This document shows positions 44,420 to 54,196 of a stretch of 64,000 nucleotides of DNA, piece by piece. The notes beneath the pieces were generated by a model. The model was not told where the DNA came from, made no database searches, and saw nothing but the letters and a program-made list of their open reading frames with translations. Both the position numbers and the translations under genes were made by a program. The first letter of the stretch is position 1; every line of letters starts with the position of its first letter. Source of the DNA: an uncultured Chitinophagaceae bacterium (lineage in GTDB: Bacteria; Planctomycetota; Planctomycetia; Pirellulales; UBA1268); contig CAZRKH010000010.1 of the NCBI GenBank assembly GCA_964600785.1, positions 23,393 to 87,392 on the forward strand, written 5' to 3'.

Positions 44420-45178
44420 CATTTTTTTGGGGGGGTCGATGAGCATGAGGTGGAGTTCTTTGGGACCGTGGGCACCGAGCACCAAAATCCGTTCGATGTC
44501 GCCGGTGCGGCTCGGGCCGGTGATGAAAGAGAGCATGCTCGGCAGCCGGCCGGCATGACGGGCCCGGATCTGCTCGAGGGCATCCCCCAGGGTGGCGGTG
44601 ATCTGATCGAGCGTGGCGATCACCAGGTGAACGTGCGGCAGTACCGAAAGACCGCGGCCACCGCATGACCCGCTGTCGACGAGAATCGAGCCGGTCTGGG
44701 CCACGAGTGACTCGCAGCCGGTGATCCCCGCGTCGCATGTCTCCAGCAGGGCGGCATCGCAGCCCTCCTCGCCATCCACCCGGTAGCCTTCGCAGGGCAG
44801 CCGCTCGGCCACCGGCGAGGTCAGCTCGCCGGCATGCCAGGCCACGCGGGTCCAGCCTCGCTCACGGGAAATCGCGGCGATCCGCTCGGCGGCCTCCTCG
44901 AGCGACCCGCAGCGGTGAACCTCGGCCCGAAGTTTTTCGAGATTGTCGCAGAGCACGGCCAGCCGCTCCGCCGGCGTGGAGCCGCCGTCGGGCAGCCAGG
45001 GCCGGCCCACCTCCGCCGGCAGCACGCGGAGCGAGGGCATCGAGTCGTCGGCCGATCCCGCCGCCGAGGCGACCGAGGAATCGCCGAGGTGGGGCGGCGG
45101 CGCGGGCTGTCGCAAGGCCTCGCGGATTCTCGCCATGATCCGCTCGCGGCTCAGAGGGCTGCCGGCCAAGCGTGTCAT
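44393..45178 (-). CDS. lutC: Lactate utilization protein C (LUD domain, YkgG-like)
   Basis: ITGCESLVAQTGSILVDSGSCGGRGLSVLPHVHLVIA...FITGPSRTGDIERILVLGAHGPKELHLMLI. The start at 45178 forms an ATGA overlap with the lutB stop. The last ~14 codons lie inside the hairpin element. Confidence 0.8.
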   Translation of the reverse strand: MTRLAGSPLSRERIMARIREALRQPAPPPHLGDSSVASAAGSADDSMPSLRVLPAEVGRPWLPDGGSTPAERLAVLCDNLEKLRAEVHRCGSLEEAAERIAAISRERGWTRVAWHAGELTSPVAERLPCEGYRVDGEEGCDAALLETCDAGITGCESLVAQTGSILVDSGSCGGRGLSVLPHVHLVIATLDQITATLGDALEQIRARHAGRLPSMLSFITGPSRTGDIERILVLGAHGPKELHLMLIDPPKKMGTGAIYPQ

Positions 45179-46629
45179 TTCCGCTGCCTCCATGCGGCCC
45201 GGAAACTCTGCGGCGGCGGCGGAGGCAGGTCGCGACTGGCCAGCCAGTCGGCAAGCAGCGGCAGCCTCAGCCGTTTTGCCAGCGGCAGCGTGCGTCGGCC
45301 GAGCCAGCCGGCGGTCGCAAAGAGCCAGGGCCTGGAGGCCACCGCGGCGAAGACGCGATGGCCGAAGCGTTCGAGTCGGCTCGGGGCGGTCTTGGCGGCG
45401 TTGCGACGGTTGTGCAGCAGATGGTGGTGGATGTCGATCCGCACCGGACAGGCGTCGGTGCAGGCCCCGCACAGCGAACTGGCTCCGGAGAGGTGGTTCC
45501 ACTCGGCGAGGCCGCGGAGGTGCGGGGTGATCACGCTGCCGATCGGCCCCTGGTAGGTGGTGCCGTAGGTAAAGCCGCCGACGTTCTTGAAGATCGGGCA
45601 GACGTTGAGGCAGGCGCCGCAGCGAATGCACTGCAGGGCGTCCCTCTGCTCGGGATCGGCCAACAGGGCCGTGCGGTGGTTGTCGAGGAGTACCAGGTGC
45701 ATCGACTCCGGCCCATCGGCCTCCCCGGCCGCCCGCGGCCCACCGTAGAGGGTGTTGTAGCAGGTCATCGGCTGGCCCGATCCTGCCGTGGCGAGCATCG
45801 GCAGAAGCACCGACAGGTCGTCAAGGTTGGCTACCACCTTCTCGATGCCCGCGATCGCGATGTGCATCCGCGGCAGGGCGGCGGTCAGCCGCGCGTTGCC
45901 CTCGTTCTCGGTGATCGAGATTTGGCCGGTCTCGGCCACGAGGAAGTTGGCCCCGGTGATGCCCACGTCAGCCTCGACATAGAGCCGTCGCATGTGGCGG
46001 CGGGCGATCATTGTCAGTTCCTCCGGGCTCTCGGTCGGGGCGGTACCGAGATGCTCCTCGAAGAGCCTGCTGATCTCATCGCGACGAACGTGCATGCAGG
46101 GGAAGACGAAGTGGTAGGGAGGCTCGCCGCGGAGCTGCTGGATAAACTCGCCAAGGTCGCTCTCCACCACGCCGTAGCCGGCCTCCTCGAGCGCGGCATT
46201 GAGGTGGATCTCCTCGCTGGTCATCGTCTTGCTTTTGATGATCGAGCGGGCACCGGCCTCTTCGAGCAGGCCCAGGATGATCCCGCGGGCCTCCTCGGCG
46301 TTGGCCGCCCAGTGGACCACGCCGCCGTTGGCCTCGAAGGCGGCCACAAACTGCGGCAGCAGTTCATCAAGGTGATTGACCGCCGACCACTTCGCCAGGC
46401 TGGCTGCGTCGCGGGCGTGTTCCCAGTCGCGGTAGCGGGCCTTCTGGGCGTCGCGGCTGGTGTAGTAGCCGCCGAGAGCCTTGCGGACGAAGTCGCGATG
46501 GGCGGTGTCGCGGACATGCTCCGTGGCGTCGCTGAGAAACCGCCGCTTGGCGGGGCCGGGACTTCGTCCGGCCGCCACGGAAGAATCGCGATTCGCGTCG
46601 GCCACCTCGGAGAAAGCCATGCGTATCAT
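45175..46629 (-). CDS. lutB: Lactate utilization iron-sulfur protein B (YkgF-like)
   Basis: Two 4Fe-4S motifs (CIRCGACLNVCP and CGACTDACP), plus the LUD-type region (LTAALPRMHIAIAGIEKVV). Confidence 0.9.
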   Translation of the reverse strand: MIRMAFSEVADANRDSSVAAGRSPGPAKRRFLSDATEHVRDTAHRDFVRKALGGYYTSRDAQKARYRDWEHARDAASLAKWSAVNHLDELLPQFVAAFEANGGVVHWAANAEEARGIILGLLEEAGARSIIKSKTMTSEEIHLNAALEEAGYGVVESDLGEFIQQLRGEPPYHFVFPCMHVRRDEISRLFEEHLGTAPTESPEELTMIARRHMRRLYVEADVGITGANFLVAETGQISITENEGNARLTAALPRMHIAIAGIEKVVANLDDLSVLLPMLATAGSGQPMTCYNTLYGGPRAAGEADGPESMHLVLLDNHRTALLADPEQRDALQCIRCGACLNVCPIFKNVGGFTYGTTYQGPIGSVITPHLRGLAEWNHLSGASSLCGACTDACPVRIDIHHHLLHNRRNAAKTAPSRLERFGHRVFAAVASRPWLFATAGWLGRRTLPLAKRLRLPLLADWLASRDLPPPPPQSFRAAWRQRK

Positions 46630-46742
46630 CCATTCGAGGGGATGCTATTATCGTCGCGAGCCAGAGACGGTGTGCTCACGCCAATCGTCCTATCCTTATC
46701 AGTCTACACGTCGCGGAATCGGAGGCCACGCCGGGTCTCGCA

Positions 46743-48383
46743 ATGCCGATCGAACCATCCATCGTCGCGGCAGCCTGGGGCCTGGTCGCCGTTGGCCTCG
46801 CGGTTTTGTGGGCGGCCGCCTGCCTGTGGATCGAGCGAGATGCAGCTGATGTCCTTGGCCGTTCGTTCCCGTGGAAACTGCCCTGCGTACTTTCCGGAAC
46901 CCTGCTGTTTATCGCCCTGCTGTTGTGGGGCACCGCGGCTGTGCCCTGGTTTCTCTTTTTGATGCCCGCAGGCCTCCTGGGTTTTGTGCTCTACCGTGAT
47001 TCCAAGGCGATGGCCCAGGAGCGGTTGCTGCTGCAGCTGTTTTCACGGCAGTTCTGGCAGGAGCGATGGCGGGCCGCGCGGCGGTCACCGCTGGCTAGTC
47101 TCTTTCGACGTCGCGGTGAGAATGACGTTCTTGCGGGCGTGAGCGACCGATCTGATCAAGTAATTTTGCTCAAGAAAGATGGTTCCGGAATCGATGGGAC
47201 GCGAGGGGCGGATCGGGAAACCTCTCAGGCTGTTTCCACGCTTCAGGAAATTTTTCTCTCTGCGATCGACCGGCGAGCCACCGACATCCACTTCGAACCC
47301 AAGGAGGGTGGCGGATTCCAACTTCGCCTGCGGATCGACGGCATCTTGCATAACACGGCAGTTATTCCTGCGGATCGTGGCCGTCCGGCACTCTCAGCCG
47401 CGAAAGTGCTCGCTGACATGGATATCGCCGAGCGTCGCCGCCCTCAGGATGGAACCTTCTCAGCGAGGTGCAACAGCCGTGTCTTCGAGGTGAGGGCGGC
47501 TTCCGGTCCAACTAACTTCGGCGAGAAGATATCACTGCGTCTGCTCGATGCCGACGGTGGGATCGTCAAAGCCGGCCTGGAACGTGTCGGCATGGAGCCG
47601 ACGATGCTCGGATCATTGCGATCGATCATCCATCGTCCGCATGGGATGCTCCTCGTCTGTGGGCCGACCGGATCGGGTAAGACCACGACCGTCTATGCGG
47701 CTCTCTCCGAGATCGACGTGCTGACCCGCAACATCATCACGATCGAGGATCCAATTGAGTACCAGCTCGAAAATATCTCGCAGACAGCGGTGAACAACGC
47801 GGCCGACCTGACGTTTGCGAACATTCTCCGCTCGACCTTGCGGCAGGATCCTGACGTCATCCTCGTGGGTGAAATTCGTGACAAGGAAACCGCAGAGATT
47901 GCGATGCAGGCGGCGCTCACGGGACATTTCGTGTTTTCCACACTGCATGCTAACGACTCTGCCACCACGGTTACCCGGCTGCTCGATATCGGGATCGATG
48001 CAAGTCTCATGCAGTCGGCGATCACAGCCGTGCTCTCGCAAAGGCTCGTGAGGGTACTCTGTCAGAAGTGTCGGGAACCGTATGAGCCGGTGGCCGAGCT
48101 GAAGGCCAAGTGCGGTCTTCAGCTGAATGAAGAGGTTGTTTTCTATCGAAGCAAAGGCTGCAAAGCCTGTCATGACACGGGATTCCGGGGCCGGACGGGC
48201 ATCTATGAGTTGCTCGTGTTCACTCCGCCGATCCGGCAGTTGCTCGTTGGTAGACCGTCGATTGAGGCAATTCGTGGTGCGGCCCGCAAGGCCGGGGTTC
48301 GGTCACTCAGGCACGCAGGCATCCGAAAAGTGGTCGAGGGCGTCACGACGGTCAGTGAAGTGGCACGCGTCACCAGCAGTTAG
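46743..48383 (+). CDS. GspE/PilB-family secretion ATPase with N-terminal membrane-spanning region
   Basis: Walker A GPTGSGKTT. Asp box IITIEDPIEY. Walker B DPDVILVGEIRD. His box GHFVFSTLHAN. Tetracysteine CQKC...CKAC. The first ~85 aa contain three hydrophobic segments (AAAWGLVAVGLAVLWAAACLWI, VLSGTLLFIALLLWGTAAV, FLFLMPAGLLGFVLY). Confidence 0.85.
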   Translation: MPIEPSIVAAAWGLVAVGLAVLWAAACLWIERDAADVLGRSFPWKLPCVLSGTLLFIALLLWGTAAVPWFLFLMPAGLLGFVLYRDSKAMAQERLLLQLFSRQFWQERWRAARRSPLASLFRRRGENDVLAGVSDRSDQVILLKKDGSGIDGTRGADRETSQAVSTLQEIFLSAIDRRATDIHFEPKEGGGFQLRLRIDGILHNTAVIPADRGRPALSAAKVLADMDIAERRRPQDGTFSARCNSRVFEVRAASGPTNFGEKISLRLLDADGGIVKAGLERVGMEPTMLGSLRSIIHRPHGMLLVCGPTGSGKTTTVYAALSEIDVLTRNIITIEDPIEYQLENISQTAVNNAADLTFANILRSTLRQDPDVILVGEIRDKETAEIAMQAALTGHFVFSTLHANDSATTVTRLLDIGIDASLMQSAITAVLSQRLVRVLCQKCREPYEPVAELKAKCGLQLNEEVVFYRSKGCKACHDTGFRGRTGIYELLVFTPPIRQLLVGRPSIEAIRGAARKAGVRSLRHAGIRKVVEGVTTVSEVARVTSS

Positions 48384-48456
48384 GACATGTGCGGAGCACG
48401 TCTGCCGCCACAGGCTTGGGATTGCTGCAGGAAGGAAATCAACGAGGCCCGTAAGC

Positions 48457-49098
48457 ATGCTCCTCCTGGCACGACTTTCAGTGATTCAACGTCTCGACGA
48501 CCCGGTCGTGGTCGGGATTGTGTTGCTGCTGACCGTTTTTGGGGCCAGAAGTGGGTTGTTCCGTGCGACACTTGCCGGATTGCAGATTGTTGTCTCGCTT
48601 TACACGGCCCTCGCGACCTGTCGCCCCGTGGGAGCCCTGCTCGCCGAGGCCGAGGTTCCGGATAACCTCGCGACCGCAACGGGATTCGTACTTGTGTTTC
48701 TCGGTGTCGTGGCGGCGGTCCGGATAGCCATCGATTCGTTCATTCCCGAGGGGGCAGTGCGATTTCCGATCTGGATCGACCTGCCTGCCGGTGGCGTCGC
48801 GGGCTTCTTGGCTGGCCTTGCTCTGGCCGGGGGCATTCATCTGGCCTGGTCGATGCCGCCGTTGCCGGAGGACTATCGGATCGCCACGAAGGAGGTCTCG
48901 TTTCGGGTTGGCGAGTTGGTGCTCGAGGGCTATGCGAGCTTTGCGGGGGTCGATCGGCATGAGCTGCTTGAGCGGTATCACACCGGCCAATGGGACGGGC
49001 CGCTGTCACGGCCGAGCGGTGAGCCTTCCGAGGAGCCCCCCGAGGAGCCGGGCGAGGAGCCCCCCGAGGAGCCGCTCAGGTCGCCGGGCAGCCCGTAG
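48457..49098 (+). CDS. CvpA-like four-TM membrane protein with acidic Pro/Glu-repeat tail
   Basis: LDDPVVVGIVLLLTVFGARSGLFRATLAGLQIVVSLYTALA resembles the CvpA N-terminal pattern. Four hydrophobic segments. The tail is SGEPSEEPPEEPGEEPPEEP. Start set at ATG 48457. Confidence 0.55.
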   Translation: MLLLARLSVIQRLDDPVVVGIVLLLTVFGARSGLFRATLAGLQIVVSLYTALATCRPVGALLAEAEVPDNLATATGFVLVFLGVVAAVRIAIDSFIPEGAVRFPIWIDLPAGGVAGFLAGLALAGGIHLAWSMPPLPEDYRIATKEVSFRVGELVLEGYASFAGVDRHELLERYHTGQWDGPLSRPSGEPSEEPPEEPGEEPPEEPLRSPGSP

Positions 49099-49804
49099 CA
49101 AGCACCTCGGCGAGATGGATCGTGCGGCAGGGTTTGCCCTGGCGGGCGAGCCAGCCGTCAAGCTGCAGCTGGCAGGAGGGATCACTTGAAACGATGTAGT
49201 CGCATTGCGTGCGGGCGAGCGACCCCGCCTTCACTTCGGCCATGGCCGTGGAGATCATCGGAAACTTGACACTGAACAGCCCACCGAAGCCACAGCAGCT
49301 CTCCGGCTCATCACATTCCACAAGCTCGAGATCCCGCACCGCCGTGAGCAGCTTTCTGGGCGCCTCGCGGATCCGCAACTCTCGCAGCCCGTGGCAGCCG
49401 TCGTGATAGCTCACCCGGTGGGGGAAGCGGGCCCCGACATCGGTCACGCCGAGCCTGTCCACCAGGAACTCGCCGAACTCGAAGCTGCGGGCGGCCAGAT
49501 CGAGAGCGGCCGTCTCGTGGGGCGTGCCCTCGAGCAGCTGCGGATAGAAACTCCGCATCATCGCCACGCAGGAGCCACTCGGTCCGACCACCGCCTCGGC
49601 CCCGTCAAAAATACCGACCGCCCGGGCCGCCACCTCGCGGGCCTCATCCCAATAGCCGGCGTTGAAACTCGGCTGCCCGCAGCAGGTTTGGGCCGGGCGA
49701 AACTCCACTTCGTGGCCGAGCTGTTCGAGCACACGGGCCACCGCCAGGCCCACACTCGGGGTCATCTGGTCGACGAAGCAGGGAATGAAGAGACTGACTC
49801 TCAT
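49076..49804 (-). CDS. lutA: Lactate utilization protein A (CCG-domain Fe-S oxidoreductase, YkgE-like)
   Basis: MRVSLFIPCFVDQ..., CCGQP, GPSGSCVAM, YHDGCHGLR, CCGFGG, SSDPSCQLQL. Start set at ATG 49804. Confidence 0.85.
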   Translation of the reverse strand: MRVSLFIPCFVDQMTPSVGLAVARVLEQLGHEVEFRPAQTCCGQPSFNAGYWDEAREVAARAVGIFDGAEAVVGPSGSCVAMMRSFYPQLLEGTPHETAALDLAARSFEFGEFLVDRLGVTDVGARFPHRVSYHDGCHGLRELRIREAPRKLLTAVRDLELVECDEPESCCGFGGLFSVKFPMISTAMAEVKAGSLARTQCDYIVSSDPSCQLQLDGWLARQGKPCRTIHLAEVLATGCPAT

Positions 49805-49896
49805 CCTGGTAGTGTAGGCCCTCGCGGTCCGGCGTGACGCGATCAGCCGCTGGAAAAAAGCCTGCACCCTGAGCGAAACCGCGCAGCCATCTCGAG

Positions 49897-50775
49897 CTAG
49901 CGGCGTCGGGCGATCGCCCGCACGACCGCCTCGCCCATCTCCGCCGGACTCTCGGCAACCTCGATCCCCGCCTCCTGCAGGGCAGCAAGCTTGGCTTCGG
50001 CGGTGCCCTTCCCACCGGAGATGATCGCCCCGGCATGGCCCATCCGCTTGCCAGGAGGAGCCGTGCGGCCTGCGATGAAGGCGGCCACAGGCTTGCTGAC
50101 GTGGTCCCTCACGTAGGCCGCGGCCTCCTCCTCCGCCGAGCCCCCGATCTCACCGATCATGAGGATCGCCTGGGTGTCAGGATCGGCCTCGAAGAGGGCG
50201 AGGATGTCGATAAAGCTCGAGCCCACGAGCGGATCACCTCCCAGTCCGACACAGCTGCTCTGGCCGTGGCCAAGCTGGGTCAGCTGCCAGACCGCCTCGT
50301 AGGTGAGCGTGCCGGAGCGGCTCATGACGCCCACAGTGCCGGGGGTGTGGATATAGCCGGGCATGATCCCGATCTTGCATTCCGCCGGCGTGATCACGCC
50401 GGGGCAGTTGGGGCCCACCAGCCGGCTGCCGGAATCCCTGACCACCGGCAGCACGCGTGCCATGTCAAGCACGGGGATTCCCTCGGTGATCGCGATCACC
50501 GTCTCGATTCCCGCAGCCACCGCCTCGAGGATCGCGTCGGCCGCGAAAGGCGGAGGCACGAAGATCATGGTCGCATCGGCCCCGGTGGCATCACGGGCCT
50601 CGGCTACCGTGTCGAACACCGGCAGCCCCGCCACCTGCTCGCCCCCCTTGCCCGGCGTCACCCCGCCGACCATGCGGGTGCCGTACTCGAGGCAGCCGCG
50701 GGTGTGGAACTCACCGACGCGACCGGTGATGCCCTGGCAGATGACGCGGGTGTCGCGGTTGACGAGGATGCTCAT
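49897..50775 (-). CDS. sucD: Succinyl-CoA synthetase alpha subunit
   Basis: [18 protein letters not shown]..., [19 protein letters not shown], and GHAGAII (active-site His). Confidence 0.9.
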   Translation of the reverse strand: MSILVNRDTRVICQGITGRVGEFHTRGCLEYGTRMVGGVTPGKGGEQVAGLPVFDTVAEARDATGADATMIFVPPPFAADAILEAVAAGIETVIAITEGIPVLDMARVLPVVRDSGSRLVGPNCPGVITPAECKIGIMPGYIHTPGTVGVMSRSGTLTYEAVWQLTQLGHGQSSCVGLGGDPLVGSSFIDILALFEADPDTQAILMIGEIGGSAEEEAAAYVRDHVSKPVAAFIAGRTAPPGKRMGHAGAIISGGKGTAEAKLAALQEAGIEVAESPAEMGEAVVRAIARRR

Positions 50776-50828
50776 GGATCGAGGTGGGGCCGCGGGGGAA
50801 CGTGGGATGAAACGGGGGTAGGTGGTGT

Positions 50829-52013
50829 TCAGGCCCGGCTGGCGGCGACGACCTTCTTGGCTGCGTCGGTCAGTCCGTCGGCGGTGACGATGCTCGTGCC
50901 GCTCTCGGCGAGAATCTTCTTGCCTACCTCGACCTCGGTGCCCTCCAGCCTGACCACCAATGGCACGCTGAAGCCGACGGTTTTCGAGGCCTCCACCAGG
51001 GCGGTGGCGATCGTGGTGCACCGCATGATGCCGCCGAAAATGTTGACCAGGATCGCCTTTACGTTGGCGTCGGAGAGAATGATCCGGAAGGCCTCGGTGA
51101 CCTGGGCCACATCGGCGCCGCCGCCGACATCGAGGAAGTTGGCCGGCTCGCCGCCGTGGAGCTTGACGAGGTCCATGGTGCTCATCGCCAGCCCGGCACC
51201 GTTGACCAGGCAGCCGATCGTGCCGTCGAGCTTCACATAGGAGAGCCCCGCCGCCGCGGCCCGGATCTCGGCCGGGTCCTCCTCCGATTCGTCACGCAAA
51301 AGGGCCACGTCCTTGTGCCGCCAGAGGGCGTTGTCGTCGAAGCTCATCTTGGCGTCGAGGGCGACCAGGGTGCCTTCCTTGGTGAGCACCAGGGGATTGA
51401 TTTCCAGGAGCGAGGCATCGAGCGTCACGAAGGCCTTGGCCAGGGAACGGAAGAAGTGGTCGGCTGCCCGCCAGCTCGCCGCGGGCAGGCCGAGCTTCGC
51501 CGAGAGCAGCCGGGTCTGGAAGGAGGCCAGACCGCGATCGGGGTCGAAGGCCTCGGTGAGAATCAGCTCGGGTGTCTTCGCGGCGACCTCCTCGATGTCC
51601 ATGCCGCCGGCGGTGCTGGCGATGAGCACCGGTGAGCCGGCTGCCCGGTCGACGAGAATCGCCGCGTAGAGTTCGCGGTCGATCTGGCATCCGCTCTCGA
51701 CGAAGACCTGCCGCACGACCCGGCCCTCCGGCCCGGTCTGCACGGTGACGAGCGTCTGGCCCAGCAGGGCGGAGGCGATCCGAGAAGCATCCTCGGGGCT
51801 CTTGGCAAGTTCCACGCCGCGTTGCTCGCTGCCGGCCACCTTGCCCTTGCCGCGGCCCCCGGCATGGATCTGCGCTTTCACCGCACAGACGGGCGTCCCC
51901 AAGGAGGTGTAGGCCGCGGCCGCCTCCTCGCCGCTGCGGGCCACCTGCCCGGCGAGCACGGGCACGCCGGCGGCACGCAGGAGGTCCTTGGCTTGGTATT
52001 CGTGGATCTTCAT
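50829..52013 (-). CDS. sucC: Succinyl-CoA synthetase beta subunit
   Basis: [12 protein letters not shown]..., [14 protein letters not shown]-like block, [28 protein letters not shown]. Confidence 0.9.
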   Translation of the reverse strand: MKIHEYQAKDLLRAAGVPVLAGQVARSGEEAAAAYTSLGTPVCAVKAQIHAGGRGKGKVAGSEQRGVELAKSPEDASRIASALLGQTLVTVQTGPEGRVVRQVFVESGCQIDRELYAAILVDRAAGSPVLIASTAGGMDIEEVAAKTPELILTEAFDPDRGLASFQTRLLSAKLGLPAASWRAADHFFRSLAKAFVTLDASLLEINPLVLTKEGTLVALDAKMSFDDNALWRHKDVALLRDESEEDPAEIRAAAAGLSYVKLDGTIGCLVNGAGLAMSTMDLVKLHGGEPANFLDVGGGADVAQVTEAFRIILSDANVKAILVNIFGGIMRCTTIATALVEASKTVGFSVPLVVRLEGTEVEVGKKILAESGTSIVTADGLTDAAKKVVAASRA

Positions 52014-52166
52014 GCTGCTGCCGTGATGGGTGCTGTTGCCGCCGATACCGCTGGCGGCCGACTAATATGGCAGGGACCTTCCGGGAATCCAACGGGGTGG
52101 TCCCGTGGGCGGGATGCAGGGGAAGATTGGGTTTTCAGCTTCGCGACCGCTTTCCTGAGACGATCC

Positions 52167-53663
52167 ATGCAGCCCCGCGATTCTCACGGCGATGAGCCAA
52201 TCCCGATCGCGATCATCGGTGCCGGCTTCGCGGGGCTGGGGATGGCGATCCGGCTGCTGGCCACCGGCCGGCGGGATTTCGTCATTTTCGAGAAGGCTGA
52301 AAGCCTTGGCGGCACCTGGCGGGACAACACCTATCCCGGCTGCGGCTGCGACATTCCTTCACATCTCTATTCCTTCTCCTTCGAGCAAGACCCGGGCTGG
52401 TCGCGGTCGTTTGCCTCGCAGGCCGAGATTCTTCGCTATCTGCAGAGAGTTGCCACGAAGCACAATCTCCGCCAACGCATCAACTTCGCGACCCGCATCG
52501 TGAGCCTCACCTGGGACGACACAGCCGGCCTCTGGCGGCTTGCAGCCGACGACGGACGCCGGTTCACCGCAAGGGTGGTGGTTGCCGGCACTGGTGGGCT
52601 GCACGTGCCGCGGCTCCCCGAGATTCCGGGGATCGAGCAGTTTGATGGGCCCTGCTTCCATTCCTCCCGCTGGCGGCACGACCTGCCGCTGGCGGGCAAG
52701 CGGGTGGCGGTGATCGGCACCGGGGCCTCCGCCGTGCAGATCGCGCCCGCGATCGCCGGCGAGGTGGCCTGCCTCTCGCTCTTCCAGCGGACGCCGCCGT
52801 GGGTCCTGCCTCGGCGGAATCGGCCGATATCCGGCTTCGCCCGGAGGGCCTTCGCGGTGGTGCCAGGGCTGCAGCGATGCTGGCGTTGGCTGATCTACCT
52901 CGAGCAGGAGTCGATCGCGATCGCCTTCACGCTCAAGCCGAAGCTGCTGGGCCACTGGGAGAAGCAGGTCTATCGTCACATCCAGCAGCACATCGCCGAC
53001 CCACAGCTCCGCGACGCCTTGACGCCCCGCTACCGGATGGGCTGCAAGCGGGTGCTGCTCTCCGACGACTTCTACCCGGCCCTCGCCAGGGAGAACGTCG
53101 AGCTTGTCAGCGAGCCGATTGCACGGATCGATCCCGGCGGCGTGGTGACCGCCGACGGCAGGCTCCGCGAAGCGGATGCGATCGTGCTGGCCACCGGCTT
53201 CAAGGCGTTCGACTTCGCCGAGCAGATCGATGTCATCGGCCGTGGCGGCCGACGGCTCGCCGAGGAATGGGCTGACGGTCCCGAGGGCTACAACGGGGTG
53301 CTGGTGGCGGGGTATCCCAACCTCTTCATCCTGATGGGTCCTAATTCCGGCCTGGGCCACAATTCGATCGTGTTCATGATCGAGGCTCAGGTCCGCTACG
53401 TGCTTTTGGCCCTGCGGCTCATCGAGCGGGGCAGGCTTTCGCACGTGGAGGTTCGCGAGGAGGTTCAGAAACGGTTCAACGCGGAACTCGCGAAACGATT
53501 CCGTGGCACCGTCTGGTCGGTGGGTACTCCCGAGCGGCCACCCTGCGGGAGCTGGTATCGCTCGCCGTCGGGCCGCCTGTCGGCCCTCTGGCCGAGCTTC
53601 GCGAGTGCCTACTGGTGGCGGCTGCGGCGGGCCGACCCGCGGGACTTTCTCGACCGCCGCTAG
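52167..53663 (+). CDS. Flavin-dependent (Baeyer-Villiger-type) monooxygenase
   Basis: IAIIGAGFAGLG (FAD), GGTWRDNTYPGCGCDIPSHLYSFSF (BVMO-like fingerprint), VAVIGTGASAVQ (NADPH). Start set at ATG 52167. Confidence 0.85.
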   Translation: MQPRDSHGDEPIPIAIIGAGFAGLGMAIRLLATGRRDFVIFEKAESLGGTWRDNTYPGCGCDIPSHLYSFSFEQDPGWSRSFASQAEILRYLQRVATKHNLRQRINFATRIVSLTWDDTAGLWRLAADDGRRFTARVVVAGTGGLHVPRLPEIPGIEQFDGPCFHSSRWRHDLPLAGKRVAVIGTGASAVQIAPAIAGEVACLSLFQRTPPWVLPRRNRPISGFARRAFAVVPGLQRCWRWLIYLEQESIAIAFTLKPKLLGHWEKQVYRHIQQHIADPQLRDALTPRYRMGCKRVLLSDDFYPALARENVELVSEPIARIDPGGVVTADGRLREADAIVLATGFKAFDFAEQIDVIGRGGRRLAEEWADGPEGYNGVLVAGYPNLFILMGPNSGLGHNSIVFMIEAQVRYVLLALRLIERGRLSHVEVREEVQKRFNAELAKRFRGTVWSVGTPERPPCGSWYRSPSGRLSALWPSFASAYWWRLRRADPRDFLDRR

Positions 53664-54196
53664 CTGCACGTGGAAATGAAGCTGGGATCGCTTCGGTTGC
53701 TTCACCACCTGCATACCCCGGCAACTCTGGAATCACCAACCCACTCTTTTTCCGTACCTGTAGTCGCGGTAGTCCCGATATTCAATGGTCACGTTTGGCA
53801 CATGTGTGGCGGTCTTCTCGCCGGCACGCTCTTCACGCTCAAGCCGGTCGGAGTCGGTCCGGAGGTACGGCGGGTTCGTTTCATCGACGCGGCAGCCGAG
53901 CCGGGAACATGGGCGATGACCAGCGGAATGGTTGAGATCTCCGGCGACCACCAATTGCTGTGCGACGGCCTCCTGCCGCGGCCGCGAAGGTTTCCCGGAG
54001 CGGTGCACCATTTCCGCGGCAGCATGAACCTCTTTTGGGAGCCGGTCGGGCGAAACGCCACGGGGAGATAGGGCTCGCCCGCGTGGCAGATCCGCGGCGG
54101 ACTCTGGTACAACCCGGCGGCCGGAGGGCCTGCCCCGCCCGGTCTTTCGCGTGTCGCCGCCTTTTGCGTCCGCCGCCTTTCAGGCCGTCTCAACCG

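Noticed and set aside
48463-48480. Possible sigma-54 -24/-12 promoter (CTGGCACGACTTTCAGTG)
   Set aside because: It has the TGGCAC -24 element but lacks the TTGC -12 element at the correct spacing. It also lies inside the start of the CvpA-like coding region.
53733-54011. 92-aa minus-strand ORF (…NVTIEYRDYRDYRYGKRVGW) and the overlapping 133-aa plus-strand ORF 53670-54071
   Set aside because: I recognise no family and no convincing ribosome-binding site. The two overlap each other, so at most one is real. Left as unexplained intergenic sequence.
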